64,000 nt of DNA from Gammaproteobacteria bacterium (lineage in GTDB: Bacteria > Pseudomonadota > Gammaproteobacteria > CAJXQU01), in assembly GCA_965238175.1 (NCBI GenBank), contig CBDEGZ010000003.1, positions 1,504,001-1,568,000 on the forward strand, read 5' to 3'. Each line of letters opens with the position of its first letter. Position 1 is the first letter of the stretch. Positions 28,342-38,427 of this stretch are shown one piece after another. Under the pieces are notes generated by a model, which searched no databases, was not told where the DNA came from, and worked only from the letters and a program-made list of their open reading frames with translations. The position numbers and the translations under genes were made by a program.

Positions 28342-28608
28342 TTAGGTTTCTAGAGAATTCTTGATCAAAAATTCCTTTTGTAATTTTGAAAGTTTTTTGA
28401 TCGCAGATTCTCTTTTGAGAGCGAATGAGCGTGATTCAACCATCTCCGAATAGACGAGTTTCACCGGTTGTCTGCTACGTGTGTATTTAGCAGCTCCTTT
28501 GCCATTATGTTCACCAACGCGACGTTCAACGTCGGTCGCAATGCCTGTGTATAGACTTTGATCACAACAACAGACGATGTAAACGTACCAGTTTTGATTC
28601 TGGCTCAT
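28342..28608 (-). CDS. GIY-YIG nuclease family protein (UPF0213/YhbQ-like)
   Basis: WYVYIV...LYTGIATDVERR..EH..KGAAKYTR...KRESAIKKL. Confidence 0.9.
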   Translation of the reverse strand: MSQNQNWYVYIVCCCDQSLYTGIATDVERRVGEHNGKGAAKYTRSRQPVKLVYSEMVESRSFALKRESAIKKLSKLQKEFLIKNSLET

Positions 28609-28620
28609 TTTGTTCTCGGC

Positions 28621-29832
28621 TCAATTTCTAGTAATTACGCGATCAATTACCGCCGCACCAACACTGTCACCCCACACATTGATCGACGTTCTGAAGCGAT
28701 CTAAAAACCAGTCCACCGCCAATAATAAACCGATCCCTTCTAATGGTAGATTGACTGCAGATAAAACGATCACCATTGTCACAAGTCCCGCTTCAGGGAT
28801 TCCAGCAGCACCGATCGCAGCCAGCGTTGCGGTAACAAAAATGATCGCCTGCTGACTAATACTCATATCAATACCATAAGCCTGTGCAATAAACATAACC
28901 GCGGCAGATTCATATAAAGCCGTACCATCCATATTAATCGTCGCACCGAGTGGGATTACAAATCGGGTGGCGCGAGGGTCAATCCCATTTTCACGCGTAC
29001 ATTCCATCGTCAGCGGAATCGTTGCTGATGAACTGGCCGTACCAAAAGCAGTCAATAGTGCACGACCCATACCTGTTAAATAAGCAAGGCCGCGCCCAGC
29101 GAAAAGCCATAATATTGTTAACAACACAATGAAGTGTAAGGTCAAACCCGTTAATACCGTAACCAGATGCCAACCGACTGCTTGAATCTCTTGCAAGAAG
29201 GCTTCACCGCCGCCAGCCATACCTAAACGTGCGGCGATTAAAGCGAAAATACCGAAAGGCGCGAAATACATGATCCAGATAACGACCTTCATCATCGCTT
29301 CGTTAAGACCATCAAAAAATGCGATCACAGGTTTACCTTTCTCACCGACAGTCGTTAATGCCGCAGCGAACAATAAACAGAAGAAGATGATCGGTAATAA
29401 TTGATTTGATCGACCGGCTTCGATCAGGTTTGGCTTAACCAGGGAAGTAATAATGTGAGAAAACCCCATATCCTCTTTACTAGAGACTTTTTCAGGGATA
29501 GTCTGACTCAGTTCAGTCATCCCGACACCGGGTTGGATCAAATTCACTACTAACAACCCGATCAAAACAGCGATGGCGGTAGTGGAAGCGTAATAAAGTA
29601 CCGTAATGCCACCAATACGCCCCAGCTTTCGCACATCACCCAGAGAACAAACACCGCTGATTACCGCCGCGACAATCAAAGGCACAATCACCAGTTTCAA
29701 CGCATGTAAAAACAGATCGCCCATCCACTTTATTTGGACCATAGACTCACCCCAGATCCAACCAGAAGTGACGCCTGCGATCACACCGATGACAATAGCG
29801 ATTAGAAGAATGATGGCGTGTTTATGTGGCAT
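28621..29832 (-). CDS. Dicarboxylate/amino acid:cation symporter (DAACS family)
   Basis: AFGTASSSATIP, GATINMDGTALYE, DRFRTSINVWGD. Confidence 0.93.
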   Translation of the reverse strand: MPHKHAIILLIAIVIGVIAGVTSGWIWGESMVQIKWMGDLFLHALKLVIVPLIVAAVISGVCSLGDVRKLGRIGGITVLYYASTTAIAVLIGLLVVNLIQPGVGMTELSQTIPEKVSSKEDMGFSHIITSLVKPNLIEAGRSNQLLPIIFFCLLFAAALTTVGEKGKPVIAFFDGLNEAMMKVVIWIMYFAPFGIFALIAARLGMAGGGEAFLQEIQAVGWHLVTVLTGLTLHFIVLLTILWLFAGRGLAYLTGMGRALLTAFGTASSSATIPLTMECTRENGIDPRATRFVIPLGATINMDGTALYESAAVMFIAQAYGIDMSISQQAIIFVTATLAAIGAAGIPEAGLVTMVIVLSAVNLPLEGIGLLLAVDWFLDRFRTSINVWGDSVGAAVIDRVITRN

Positions 29833-29852
29833 GTTTTGTACCCGAGGGCTTT

Positions 29853-29920
29853 GTAGGTTGGATTAGACTAGCGTATTCCGACATAGATTGGAATTTATTG
29901 GGTTACGTTAGCTTATCTAA
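29853..29920. repeat. Degenerate GTAG-family REP pair
   Basis: GTAGGTTGGATTAGACTAGCGTATTCCGAC is similar to the REP at 31773, with a decayed partner TTGGGTTACGTTAGC. Confidence 0.65.
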
Positions 29921-29940
29921 TCAGAAGCTTTACCTTAGCG

Positions 29941-30296
29941 TCAAACCGCTTGTTTAATAAAATAGTCACTTTTCTTTTGAGCAACATCTTTTGGAGAGTA
30001 TATTTTTAAGTGTCGTCTTTTTTTACCTTTACCTTCTAAAACAGAATTTGTATCGGTAAAATTAGCACCATTACTGAACTCGATTGAAATATGTTCTTTA
30101 ATAAATATAGACTCCACCGATCAAGTCTTTAAGACAAACTAAAAACTAAGCCTCCATATTTAATATCTTCAATTACCGCTTCATTTTCTTTAAGGAATAG
30201 TTCACGTATCGAAATGACTATTTCATATTGATTTTTAGACATAGATTCAATGTCTAAAAGAAAATCATTTATCTTTTTGTTGCTTGATATATTCAT
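29941..30296 (-). pseudogene. DUF1801 (YdhG-like) protein with two +1 frameshifts
   Basis: MNISSNKKINDFLL...EDIKYGGLVF / LIGGVYIY / KEHISIEFSNGANF..LEGKGKKRRHLKI...FIKQAV*. Extra T residues create TAA at 30129..30131 and 30098..30100. Confidence 0.7.
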
Positions 30297-30374
30297 AGGG
30301 TCGAGTGATCAGGTTTTAGGGATTAGTAGTTTGGTGATTTATTGAATTATTCTAGACTAAGCCAGACTACGAAA

Positions 30375-31010
30375 CTATTTATTGCGATATTTTCCTATAA
30401 ATGAATTCTTTGAGATATGCTCAGAGGTGTATTCTGTTGGTAACTGAGAATAACCTACTAAGTTAAACTCATTTTCTAAGATATTGAGAATATTTTTACC
30501 ATCATTAACCCAGCCAATATTGGATGGAATTGCAGAAGAAATATTGTTCAAAATATAAAAATAACCGCCTGGTTTCAGAATCTTCTTAATTAGCCGGATT
30601 TCTTCTTCCACATTTGGACAATGCTGTAAAACCCAAATCGACACACAGGCATCAACTTTCAATCCACTATCAGCAAATCGATTAATGATCAGCGGAGCAA
30701 CCGAACTAAACTTCTCGCTGGAAACATACTTAACCGACAATTCCCGCATAGATTGGCTTATATCAAGGCCTAAAACATTGCAGTGGCTCTCTGTTATAAG
30801 CGCCTCAGAAATTCGACCTATTCCACAACCAAAATCAAGGACAAGAGAATTTTCATCAGGATGGATAAACGAACAAATATCTTTTGCTAAAAAAGGTGTT
30901 TCCGTCTCCCACCTTTCTTTTGTCGTACTGCCTTCCGGCGTCAATATAATACTTTTTGCTTCAGATTCGTTCTGAATATCAAATACTTGCGGGTTGTATA
31001 TAGCTTCCAT
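30375..31010 (-). CDS. Class I SAM-dependent methyltransferase
   Basis: VLDFGCGIGR, GLDIS, VLQH, LKPGG. Confidence 0.9.
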   Translation of the reverse strand: MEAIYNPQVFDIQNESEAKSIILTPEGSTTKERWETETPFLAKDICSFIHPDENSLVLDFGCGIGRISEALITESHCNVLGLDISQSMRELSVKYVSSEKFSSVAPLIINRFADSGLKVDACVSIWVLQHCPNVEEEIRLIKKILKPGGYFYILNNISSAIPSNIGWVNDGKNILNILENEFNLVGYSQLPTEYTSEHISKNSFIGKYRNK

Positions 31011-31135
31011 AGTGGATCTCGATATTAAACCTATCTAAAAATACGTTTGGTTGGTGGTATATCAAGAACAGGCAAAAGGCTTGCCAGGAATACGATGTAT
31101 AAGTGTGCGGAAATTTGTTGGGTTAAGCTACGGAA

Positions 31136-31741
31136 CTAATCTACTCTGATTAGCTTATTAATTTCGTCTGAAAGATCACTGATTACTTTTTTTACAGTAA
31201 AACCAATGTTTACGTCTAACGCATTTTCATCAACTCTTGTCGTATGTGTGATGAGTATAGGGGTTCCCAGAGTTTCTACATATAGAGTACATGTGATGTC
31301 CGACTGTTTAAGATATTTAGTTGTTCCAACATCCATATCCTCAAAAATAGATGAAACAATCATTGCCGGGAAAGTACCAAGATACATATTTAAAATCGTT
31401 TCGTGCATTTCATTGCTTTTGACTTTTTGTGCTCTTTTTAGGTCAGTTTTATTTGATGTAACGATGAATTTATTTAGTTGAACATTAATGTGTTCATGCT
31501 CGTTATTCAGCTTTGCCGCAAGTTGCTCTTTTAGAATCATCGGCAATGGTTTGTTGAAGTTTGAGTCTGAATAAAGCTTGTGTGACTCAGGAGGTTTTAG
31601 CTCAGTATATTCTGAGCGCTTATCAATTACAGAAATTGTGTCATTTATATTTGGAAGAGCTTTAACGACTATGAGACTGTTTCCAGCATTACATGCTGTG
31701 AGCAAAACTAGAATTGTTAAAGAGAGAAGTGTTTTCCCCAT
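31136..31741 (-). CDS. Hypothetical lipoprotein
   Basis: Signal peptide with lipobox LLTAC. Confidence 0.75.
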   Translation of the reverse strand: MGKTLLSLTILVLLTACNAGNSLIVVKALPNINDTISVIDKRSEYTELKPPESHKLYSDSNFNKPLPMILKEQLAAKLNNEHEHINVQLNKFIVTSNKTDLKRAQKVKSNEMHETILNMYLGTFPAMIVSSIFEDMDVGTTKYLKQSDITCTLYVETLGTPILITHTTRVDENALDVNIGFTVKKVISDLSDEINKLIRVD

Positions 31742-31772
31742 TTTTATTTTTGAAGTCCTTAGTGAAGATATA

Positions 31773-31847
31773 GTAGGTCGGATTAGCGTAGCGTAATCCG
31801 ACGTAGAACGGTAATTTGTTGGATTACGCTACGCTAATCCAACCTAC
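31773..31847. repeat. Inverted GTAG-family REP doublet (REPIN)
   Basis: GTAGGTCGGATTAGCGTAGCGTAATCCGAC, 15-bp spacer, GTTGGATTACGCTACGCTAATCCAACCTAC. Confidence 0.9.
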
Positions 31848-31868
31848 CGAACTAACCTACGAAACTTA

Positions 31869-32522
31869 TTATTTAGGAGACCAAGTATCAGTTTCTTTTT
31901 GTGCATTATTTAATTCAAGATTTGAGAGTTTTAGAGCTGATTCAGCTAGACAATCTGCAGCTGATGCTTCAATGTTTCTTGAGCTATTTTCAATATATTT
32001 TTGAGCTCGTGAGCACCAAATATAAGCATGATAAAAATCTTTTTCTCCTAATTCTCCTAAGCCATACATTAGAGCTAAATTTATCATAGCTTCTGCCCAA
32101 CCAAGATCTGCAGATTTCCTATATAGCGTGAATGCTTTTTGTTTGTCGGAATCAACACCAAGTCCAAGATCATACAGATAAGCTAAATTATTTATGGCTA
32201 AAGCATGATTTTCACTTGCCGCTTTTTCATACCAGATCAGAGCATTAGTATAAGCTTTTTCTTCTTGATAGATACTTCCTAAGCTATTTTGAGCTTCAGT
32301 ATGACCATTTTCAGCAGCGAGGGAATACCATTTTTTAGCGAGAGATCTATTTGGGTTTACAGGAAAGCCTGTATCGTATGCTGTGCCTAGTTCAAACTGA
32401 GCTTCTACATTTCCTGAATTTGCTTGTTCAGTCAAGGTAGCAATTTTAGGTGATAATGAAGCTGTACAACTTACTAATAAAATAGCTAAGGTTGTGCTCA
32501 TCACTAAAAAAAGGTTTCGCAT
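31869..32522 (-). CDS. Sel1-like repeat lipoprotein
   Basis: Lipobox LLVSC. Repeats AQFELG..Y, AQNSLG..Y, AINNLA.LY..GLGV, AMINLA.MY. Start 32522 preferred over TTG 32549. Confidence 0.88.
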   Translation of the reverse strand: MRNLFLVMSTTLAILLVSCTASLSPKIATLTEQANSGNVEAQFELGTAYDTGFPVNPNRSLAKKWYSLAAENGHTEAQNSLGSIYQEEKAYTNALIWYEKAASENHALAINNLAYLYDLGLGVDSDKQKAFTLYRKSADLGWAEAMINLALMYGLGELGEKDFYHAYIWCSRAQKYIENSSRNIEASAADCLAESALKLSNLELNNAQKETDTWSPK

Positions 32523-32548
32523 TTTTTTTACCATTATAAAATCCAACA

Positions 32549-32576
32549 AGGTCGGATTAGCTCAGCGTAATCCGAC
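32549..32576. repeat. Single REP hairpin downstream of fabI
   Basis: AGGTCGGATTAGCTCAGCGTAATCCGAC, with the GTAG foot replaced by CAAG. Confidence 0.8.
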
Positions 32577-32593
32577 ATAAATTACTCTTTATC

Positions 32594-33370
32594 TCAAACC
32601 AATCCTAAAATACTATACCCACAATCCACATAAGTGATCTCGCCGGTAATCCCAGCAGCCAGATCAGAGCTCATAAAGGCCGCCGCATTACCAACGTCAT
32701 CAATGGTGACATTACGGCGTAGCGGGGCATTTTCTTCAACGGCATTCAGGAAACCACGCAATCCAGAAATACCGGATGCGGCGAGGGTTTTGATCGGGCC
32801 AGCGGAAATGCCGTTGACGCGGATCCCTTCTGGGCCGACATTGGATGCCATATAGCGCACATTTGCTTCCAGACTCGCTTTGGCTAGCCCCATGACATTG
32901 TAGTTGGGCATCGCTCGCATCGCGCCGATGTAGCTCAGGGTCAGCATCGAGGCATTTCGCCCTTGCATCATCGGTCGAGCATGATTACCCAATGCGGTGA
33001 AGCTGTATGAGCTGATGTCATGCGCCATTTTGAAACCTTCGCGGGTGACACTGTTCATGTAGTCATCTGCCAGTTCTTCGCGTGGTGCGAAGGCCACGGC
33101 GTGGATCAGAATGTCTAAATGATCCCATTCTTTTTTTAGATTAGTGAAAACTGCTTCAATTTCATCATCGCTGGCGACATCGCAGGGCAGGGTGATGTTG
33201 GAGTCCATTTCTGCGGCAAATTTTTCTACACGTCCTTGAAGTTTTTCATTTTGATAGGTGAAAGCTAGATTTGCGCCTTCACGATGCATGGCTTTTGCAA
33301 TACCATAAGCGATTGAACGGTTGCTGGCGACGCCAACGATTAATGCATTTTTTCCTTCAAGAAACCCCAT
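32594..33370 (-). CDS. fabI: Enoyl-ACP reductase FabI
   Basis: [36 protein letters not shown]. Confidence 0.96.
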   Translation of the reverse strand: MGFLEGKNALIVGVASNRSIAYGIAKAMHREGANLAFTYQNEKLQGRVEKFAAEMDSNITLPCDVASDDEIEAVFTNLKKEWDHLDILIHAVAFAPREELADDYMNSVTREGFKMAHDISSYSFTALGNHARPMMQGRNASMLTLSYIGAMRAMPNYNVMGLAKASLEANVRYMASNVGPEGIRVNGISAGPIKTLAASGISGLRGFLNAVEENAPLRRNVTIDDVGNAAAFMSSDLAAGITGEITYVDCGYSILGLV

Positions 33371-33440
33371 GTTTGAATCCTCTTTATTGTTGTTTGGGTA
33401 TATAATCTTCAGTCTACATTTGGATTTTATAAGAAACTGG

Positions 33441-35582
33441 ATGCGCCGGCGACTCTCTTTATTGTTTATTTTTCTGATCTGTAGCGGATGTTCTGAGCCG
33501 CCGTGGAATAACCCGTATCCTGCCAGTCAGGATCAGGCTTCGATTTTGTACGATCATTTTAAAGAGCGGCCTAAGCATTTAGATCCCGTTCGTGCTTATT
33601 CTTCGAATGAATATGTATTCCTTGGGCAGATCTACGAAGCGCCTTTGCAATATCATTTCCTCAAACGACCTTATGAGCTGACGACGTTAACCGCGACAGA
33701 GATGCCTAAGGTGGTTTATTTTGATCAGGATGGAAATGTATTACCTGACGATGCGTTGGTTGATCAGATAGCCTGGAGCAAGTATTTGATCACCATCCAG
33801 CCGGGTATTCAGTATCAACCACACCCGGCATTCGCGAAAGATCAGCAAAATCAATATCTCTATCATTCGAATGTTGATCTGGATGGTATTCATACCTTGA
33901 GTGATTTTCCTGAAGCGAGCACGCGAGAACTAACTGCTGCAGATTATATTTATCAAATTAAGCGGATGGCTAATCCTGCCACCCATTCACCGATTGCGGG
34001 TTTGATGTCGGAATATATTGTCGGCTTGAGTGAATTGTCTGCACAAATTACTAAGGAGTATCCTGCAGAAGAAAAAGCCTTTGTCGATCTAAAAAAATAT
34101 TCCATCAGTGGTGTTCGTGAGATTGATCGATATAGCTATGAGATCAAATTAAAAGGCAAGTATCCGCAGTTTATTTACTGGTTATCGATGTACTTTTTCT
34201 CGCCGATGCCATGGGAAGCAGATCTGTTTTATTCGCAGCCGGGTATGGATGATAAAAATATTTCATTGAACTGGTATCCGGTAGGTACTGGCCCATATAT
34301 GTTGACTGAGAACAATCCAAATCGACGCATGGTGTTGTCGCGTAATCCTAATTTCCATGGTGAAACTTATCCTACAGAGGGTGAAAGTAGTGATCGTGAG
34401 ACTGAGCTTCTCATCGACGCGGGTAAAGAAATACCTTTTATTGATCAGGCAATTTATTCGTTAGAAAAAGAGTCGATTCCATCTTGGAGTAAATTTCAGC
34501 AAGGTTATTATGATACGTCGGGTGTTTCATCTGATAGCTTTGATCAAGCCGTTCAGTTTGGTGCTCAGGGTGATGCCTCACTTACCGAAGAGATGAAGAA
34601 AAAAGACATGAAATTGCTCACTGCGGTGACAACGTCAACGTATTACACCGGATTTAATATGTTGGATGAGATTGTCGGTGGTGATTCAGAGCGTGCGCGA
34701 AAATTGCGTCAAGCCATCTCAATTGCGGTTGATTTTGAGGAATACATTTCGATTTTTTTCAATGGCCGTGGGGTGCCAGCGCAAGGGCCGATCCCGCAAG
34801 GGATTTTCGGAGTGAAAGAAGCTGAAGAAGGAATTAATCCGATTGTTTACAACTGGCAAAATGACGCACCGAAACGGAAGTCAATTGAGGTAGCAAAACA
34901 ATTGATGATTGAGGCCGGTTATCCGCAAGGTCGGGATGAAAAAACTGGTAAGCAGTTGATACTTTTTTTTGACACTACGGGTGGCGGGCCGGGTAGTAAA
35001 GCACTGTTAAATTGGTTAGAAAAACAATTTAAAAAGTTGGGTGTTCAACTTGTGATCCGGGCAACAGACTATAATCGGTTTCAGGAGAAAATGCTAAAAG
35101 GAACCGCGCAGATTTATCAGTGGGGTTGGAATGCCGACTACCCTGATCCGGAAAATTTTATGTTCTTGCTGTATGGGCCAAATGGTAAAGCAAAACACAA
35201 AGGTGAGAATGCATCTAACTATTCAAGTCCTGAATTTGATGGGCTGTTTGAAAAAATGAAAAACATGGAAAATGGATCAGAAAGACAAGCTGTGATCGAT
35301 GAGATGGTGACGATCTTAAGAGAGGATTCGCCATGGTTATGGGGTTGGCATCCGGTGGCTTTTTCATTGCATCATGGATGGTATAAAAATGCTAAGCCCA
35401 ACTTGATGGCAAATAACACGCTTAAATATAAACGTATCGATCCTGTCACTCGAACAGAAAAACGTCAACAATGGAACCCACCTGTTTTGTGGCCATTGAA
35501 ATGGGTACTCGCGCTGTTTTTATTATTCCTAATCCCTGCGATTGTTATCATGCGGCGTAAGCAGAGGCGGACCGCTTTATGA
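33441..35582 (+). CDS. ABC transporter substrate-binding lipoprotein, family 5 (peptide/nickel)
   Basis: MRRRLS...CSGC lipobox, [25 protein letters not shown] and a C-terminal TM. The track start at 33321 overlaps fabI and is rejected. Confidence 0.88.
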   Translation: MRRRLSLLFIFLICSGCSEPPWNNPYPASQDQASILYDHFKERPKHLDPVRAYSSNEYVFLGQIYEAPLQYHFLKRPYELTTLTATEMPKVVYFDQDGNVLPDDALVDQIAWSKYLITIQPGIQYQPHPAFAKDQQNQYLYHSNVDLDGIHTLSDFPEASTRELTAADYIYQIKRMANPATHSPIAGLMSEYIVGLSELSAQITKEYPAEEKAFVDLKKYSISGVREIDRYSYEIKLKGKYPQFIYWLSMYFFSPMPWEADLFYSQPGMDDKNISLNWYPVGTGPYMLTENNPNRRMVLSRNPNFHGETYPTEGESSDRETELLIDAGKEIPFIDQAIYSLEKESIPSWSKFQQGYYDTSGVSSDSFDQAVQFGAQGDASLTEEMKKKDMKLLTAVTTSTYYTGFNMLDEIVGGDSERARKLRQAISIAVDFEEYISIFFNGRGVPAQGPIPQGIFGVKEAEEGINPIVYNWQNDAPKRKSIEVAKQLMIEAGYPQGRDEKTGKQLILFFDTTGGGPGSKALLNWLEKQFKKLGVQLVIRATDYNRFQEKMLKGTAQIYQWGWNADYPDPENFMFLLYGPNGKAKHKGENASNYSSPEFDGLFEKMKNMENGSERQAVIDEMVTILREDSPWLWGWHPVAFSLHHGWYKNAKPNLMANNTLKYKRIDPVTRTEKRQQWNPPVLWPLKWVLALFLLFLIPAIVIMRRKQRRTAL

Positions 35583-36556
35583 TGGCTTATATTTTTCGAC
35601 GAATTCTTTATGCGGTCCCTATTTTAATCGGTGTGAATGTGCTGACGTTTGTATTATTTTTTGTCGTGAATTCGCCTGACGATATGGCACGTATGCAACT
35701 GGGTGCGAAGCGGGTGCCAGACGCAGCAGTTGAATCCTGGAAAGCTGAGCGAGGTTATGATCAACCCTTATTAATAAATGCAGAAGAGAAAGGCTTGGAT
35801 CAGGTTACAGAGACGATCTTTTTTCAAAAATCTGTAAGTTTATTCTTATTCGATTTTGGTCGATCAGATAGCGGTCGAGATATCAGTTATGACATTAAAC
35901 AACGAATGTGGCCGAGCTTAGCAATCGCGATCCCAAGTTTGATCGTTGGCTTATTAGTTAATATAAGTCTGGCACTATTGATCGCATTTTTCCGGGGAAC
36001 TTATCTCGATTTTACCGGTGTGGTTTTGTGCGTAATTTTAATGTCAATTTCCGGGCTGTTTTATATTATTGGTGGTCAAGTTTTGATCGGGAAACTGATG
36101 AATCTTGTTCCTATCTCAGGATACGATACTGGATTTGAAGCGGTGAAGTTTTTGATCTTACCGGTGTTGGTGGGTTTGATTGGAGGTATTGGATCTGGCA
36201 CGCGTTGGTACCGAACAATTTTTCTTGAAGAGATCGGCAAAGATTATATTCGCACGGCACGATCAAAAGGTTTATCTGAACGATTGATTATGTTCAAACA
36301 TGTTTTGAAAAATGCAATGATCCCGATTCTTACCGGGGTTGTTGTTATCTTGCCATTATTATTTATGGGCAGTTTGATCACTGAATCTTTTTTCGGCATT
36401 CCTGGTCTTGGAAGCTACACATTAGATGCAATCACCAGTCAAGATTTTGCCATTGTACGATCAATGGTGTTCCTCGGATCAGTTTTATATATTCTAGGAT
36501 TGTTGTTGACAGATATTTCATACACCCTGGTTGACCCAAGGGTGAGGCTGCAATAA
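35579..36556 (+). CDS. ABC transporter permease (DppB/OppB type)
   Basis: DYIRTARSKGL, ESFFGIPGLG, YTLVDPRVR. Confidence 0.93.
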   Translation: MMAYIFRRILYAVPILIGVNVLTFVLFFVVNSPDDMARMQLGAKRVPDAAVESWKAERGYDQPLLINAEEKGLDQVTETIFFQKSVSLFLFDFGRSDSGRDISYDIKQRMWPSLAIAIPSLIVGLLVNISLALLIAFFRGTYLDFTGVVLCVILMSISGLFYIIGGQVLIGKLMNLVPISGYDTGFEAVKFLILPVLVGLIGGIGSGTRWYRTIFLEEIGKDYIRTARSKGLSERLIMFKHVLKNAMIPILTGVVVILPLLFMGSLITESFFGIPGLGSYTLDAITSQDFAIVRSMVFLGSVLYILGLLLTDISYTLVDPRVRLQ

Positions 36557-37974
36557 TGCCAACCATACTCTGGACCGATGGGCTGATCTTTCTATTGTTA
36601 TCTATGTTGACCATGTTTGTCTTGCATGTGCGACGATATGAACATTTACGACGACCATGGCGAACAGTTTTACGCAGCCGTGTAGCGATGTCATCAGCAG
36701 TTATTCTGTCGATTTATTTAATGATCGGAATCTTAGATTCACTGCATTTTCACCCTAAGCTAGAAAATGTTTCCGGTGATGTAACTGATAGCGAAGAGGT
36801 TCAATATTCCACACAGATCAAAAGTGTGTTTGATGTTTTGGTCAGCCATTTACAAGATCGTGATGAGAAAACCTATTCGGCCCCTTTTGTAGCATTTCAA
36901 TATAGCAAAGAAACTTTAGAGACAGATGATGGAACAACGGTTCGTGATTATCCGCGTTTGAAATTTGGTGGCGCTCATTTGGAGGATCCTGTTAATGGAA
37001 GAAATTCCGATATTGTCAGTATCATCTCCAAGTCCACGATCAAATCTTTAATAATATTTTCTTTGCTTTTCTTAGTTATTGTTTGGCGGATTTCACGAAA
37101 GAAAAACTGGCTTTTTAGAGATGCCTTAAAAGCGGTGTTAGCAGGTCAAACTGAAACACCGTGGCGAGTGATTTTGATCACTTTAGCTTTAAGTCTTTGG
37201 GTGTTGTTGAATGCATGGGATCTGAGTCATTTTTATCATATTTTTGGAACCGACAAAGTAGGGCAAGACGTTTTTTATCAATCGATGAAAAGCATTCGTA
37301 CTGGTTTGATCATTGGTACGTTGACAACCTTGGTGATGTTACCTTTTGCAGTATTGATGGGGATTTCGGCCGGTTATTTTCGTGGTTGGATCGATGATGT
37401 TATTCAGTATATTTATACAACGTTAAATTCTATTCCAGGTGTACTTTTGATCGCCGCTGCAATTCTGATGTTGCAAGTTTATATGGCAAATCATGCGGAA
37501 GATTTTACTAGCCTAGCAGCGCGATCAGATATGCGTTTATTGTTTCTTTGTATCATTCTAGGTGTCACCAGTTGGACGGGTTTATGCCGACTGTTACGTG
37601 GCGAGACAATGAAGTTACGCGAGGTCGATTATATTCAGGCCGCACAAGCGTTTGGGGTTGGTCACATGACGATTATTTTGCGTCATATTTTACCCAATGT
37701 GATGCACCTTATTTTGATCTCGGTGGTTTTGGATTTTAGTGGTTTGGTGTTAGCTGAAGCGGTGTTGTCTTATATTAATATCGGTGTTGACCCAAGCATG
37801 AATAGTTGGGGGAATATGATCAATAGTGCGCGTATGGAAATGGCGCGTGAGCCGATCGTCTGGTGGGCATTAGTTGCGGCATTTTCATTTATGTTTGTAT
37901 TAGTACTGGCCGCAAATTTATTCTCTGATGCGGTTCGAGATGCATTTGATCCGCGGCTGCAGGAGCGAGAATAG
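36556..37974 (+). CDS. ABC transporter permease (DppC/OppC type)
   Basis: FGTDKVGQDV, YIQAAQAFG, RHILPN, DAVRDAFDPR. Confidence 0.93.
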   Translation: MPTILWTDGLIFLLLSMLTMFVLHVRRYEHLRRPWRTVLRSRVAMSSAVILSIYLMIGILDSLHFHPKLENVSGDVTDSEEVQYSTQIKSVFDVLVSHLQDRDEKTYSAPFVAFQYSKETLETDDGTTVRDYPRLKFGGAHLEDPVNGRNSDIVSIISKSTIKSLIIFSLLFLVIVWRISRKKNWLFRDALKAVLAGQTETPWRVILITLALSLWVLLNAWDLSHFYHIFGTDKVGQDVFYQSMKSIRTGLIIGTLTTLVMLPFAVLMGISAGYFRGWIDDVIQYIYTTLNSIPGVLLIAAAILMLQVYMANHAEDFTSLAARSDMRLLFLCIILGVTSWTGLCRLLRGETMKLREVDYIQAAQAFGVGHMTIILRHILPNVMHLILISVVLDFSGLVLAEAVLSYINIGVDPSMNSWGNMINSARMEMAREPIVWWALVAAFSFMFVLVLAANLFSDAVRDAFDPRLQERE

Positions 37975-38427
37975 ATGCAAAAAGTAATGTTGCCGACTGA
38001 TAAAGAACTGACAATGCGTGTAGTGCCGATGCCAAAGGATACCAATGCAGGTGGCAGTATTTTCGGAGGCTATATTTTCTCGCAGATTGATATTGCCGCA
38101 AGTATCCCCGCGGTTCGGCGAGCCAAAGGACGAGTTGCGACAGTTGCAGTAAATTCTATCGAACTACATCAACCTGTTTTTGTGGGCGATGTTCTAAGCC
38201 TTTATGCACAAGTTGCAAAAGTGGGTCGAACGTCGGTGACAATAGATGTGGAAGTCTATGCAGAAAGAAATGCGATTGATCCTGAAGTGATCAAAGTGAC
38301 ACAAGCAACTCTGACCTTTGTTGCGCTGGATGAAAATCGTAAACCACGAAAAATACCTCTAGAAGTTGGCTCAGAAGATCCACAACAAAATTCACAAGAA
38401 GAATTACAGGAAGGAGCAACTGGATGA
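37975..38427 (+). CDS. Acyl-CoA thioesterase (hotdog fold, YciA-like)
   Basis: MPKDTNAGGSIFGG, PVFVGD, VGRTS, TFVALDENRKPR. Confidence 0.9.
   Translation: MQKVMLPTDKELTMRVVPMPKDTNAGGSIFGGYIFSQIDIAASIPAVRRAKGRVATVAVNSIELHQPVFVGDVLSLYAQVAKVGRTSVTIDVEVYAERNAIDPEVIKVTQATLTFVALDENRKPRKIPLEVGSEDPQQNSQEELQEGATG

Noticed and set aside
28159-28608. tRNA-Ser as an island integration site with adjacent GIY-YIG nuclease
   Set aside because: No integrase and no duplicated tRNA 3' end were seen. The nuclease is the common stand-alone UPF0213 type.
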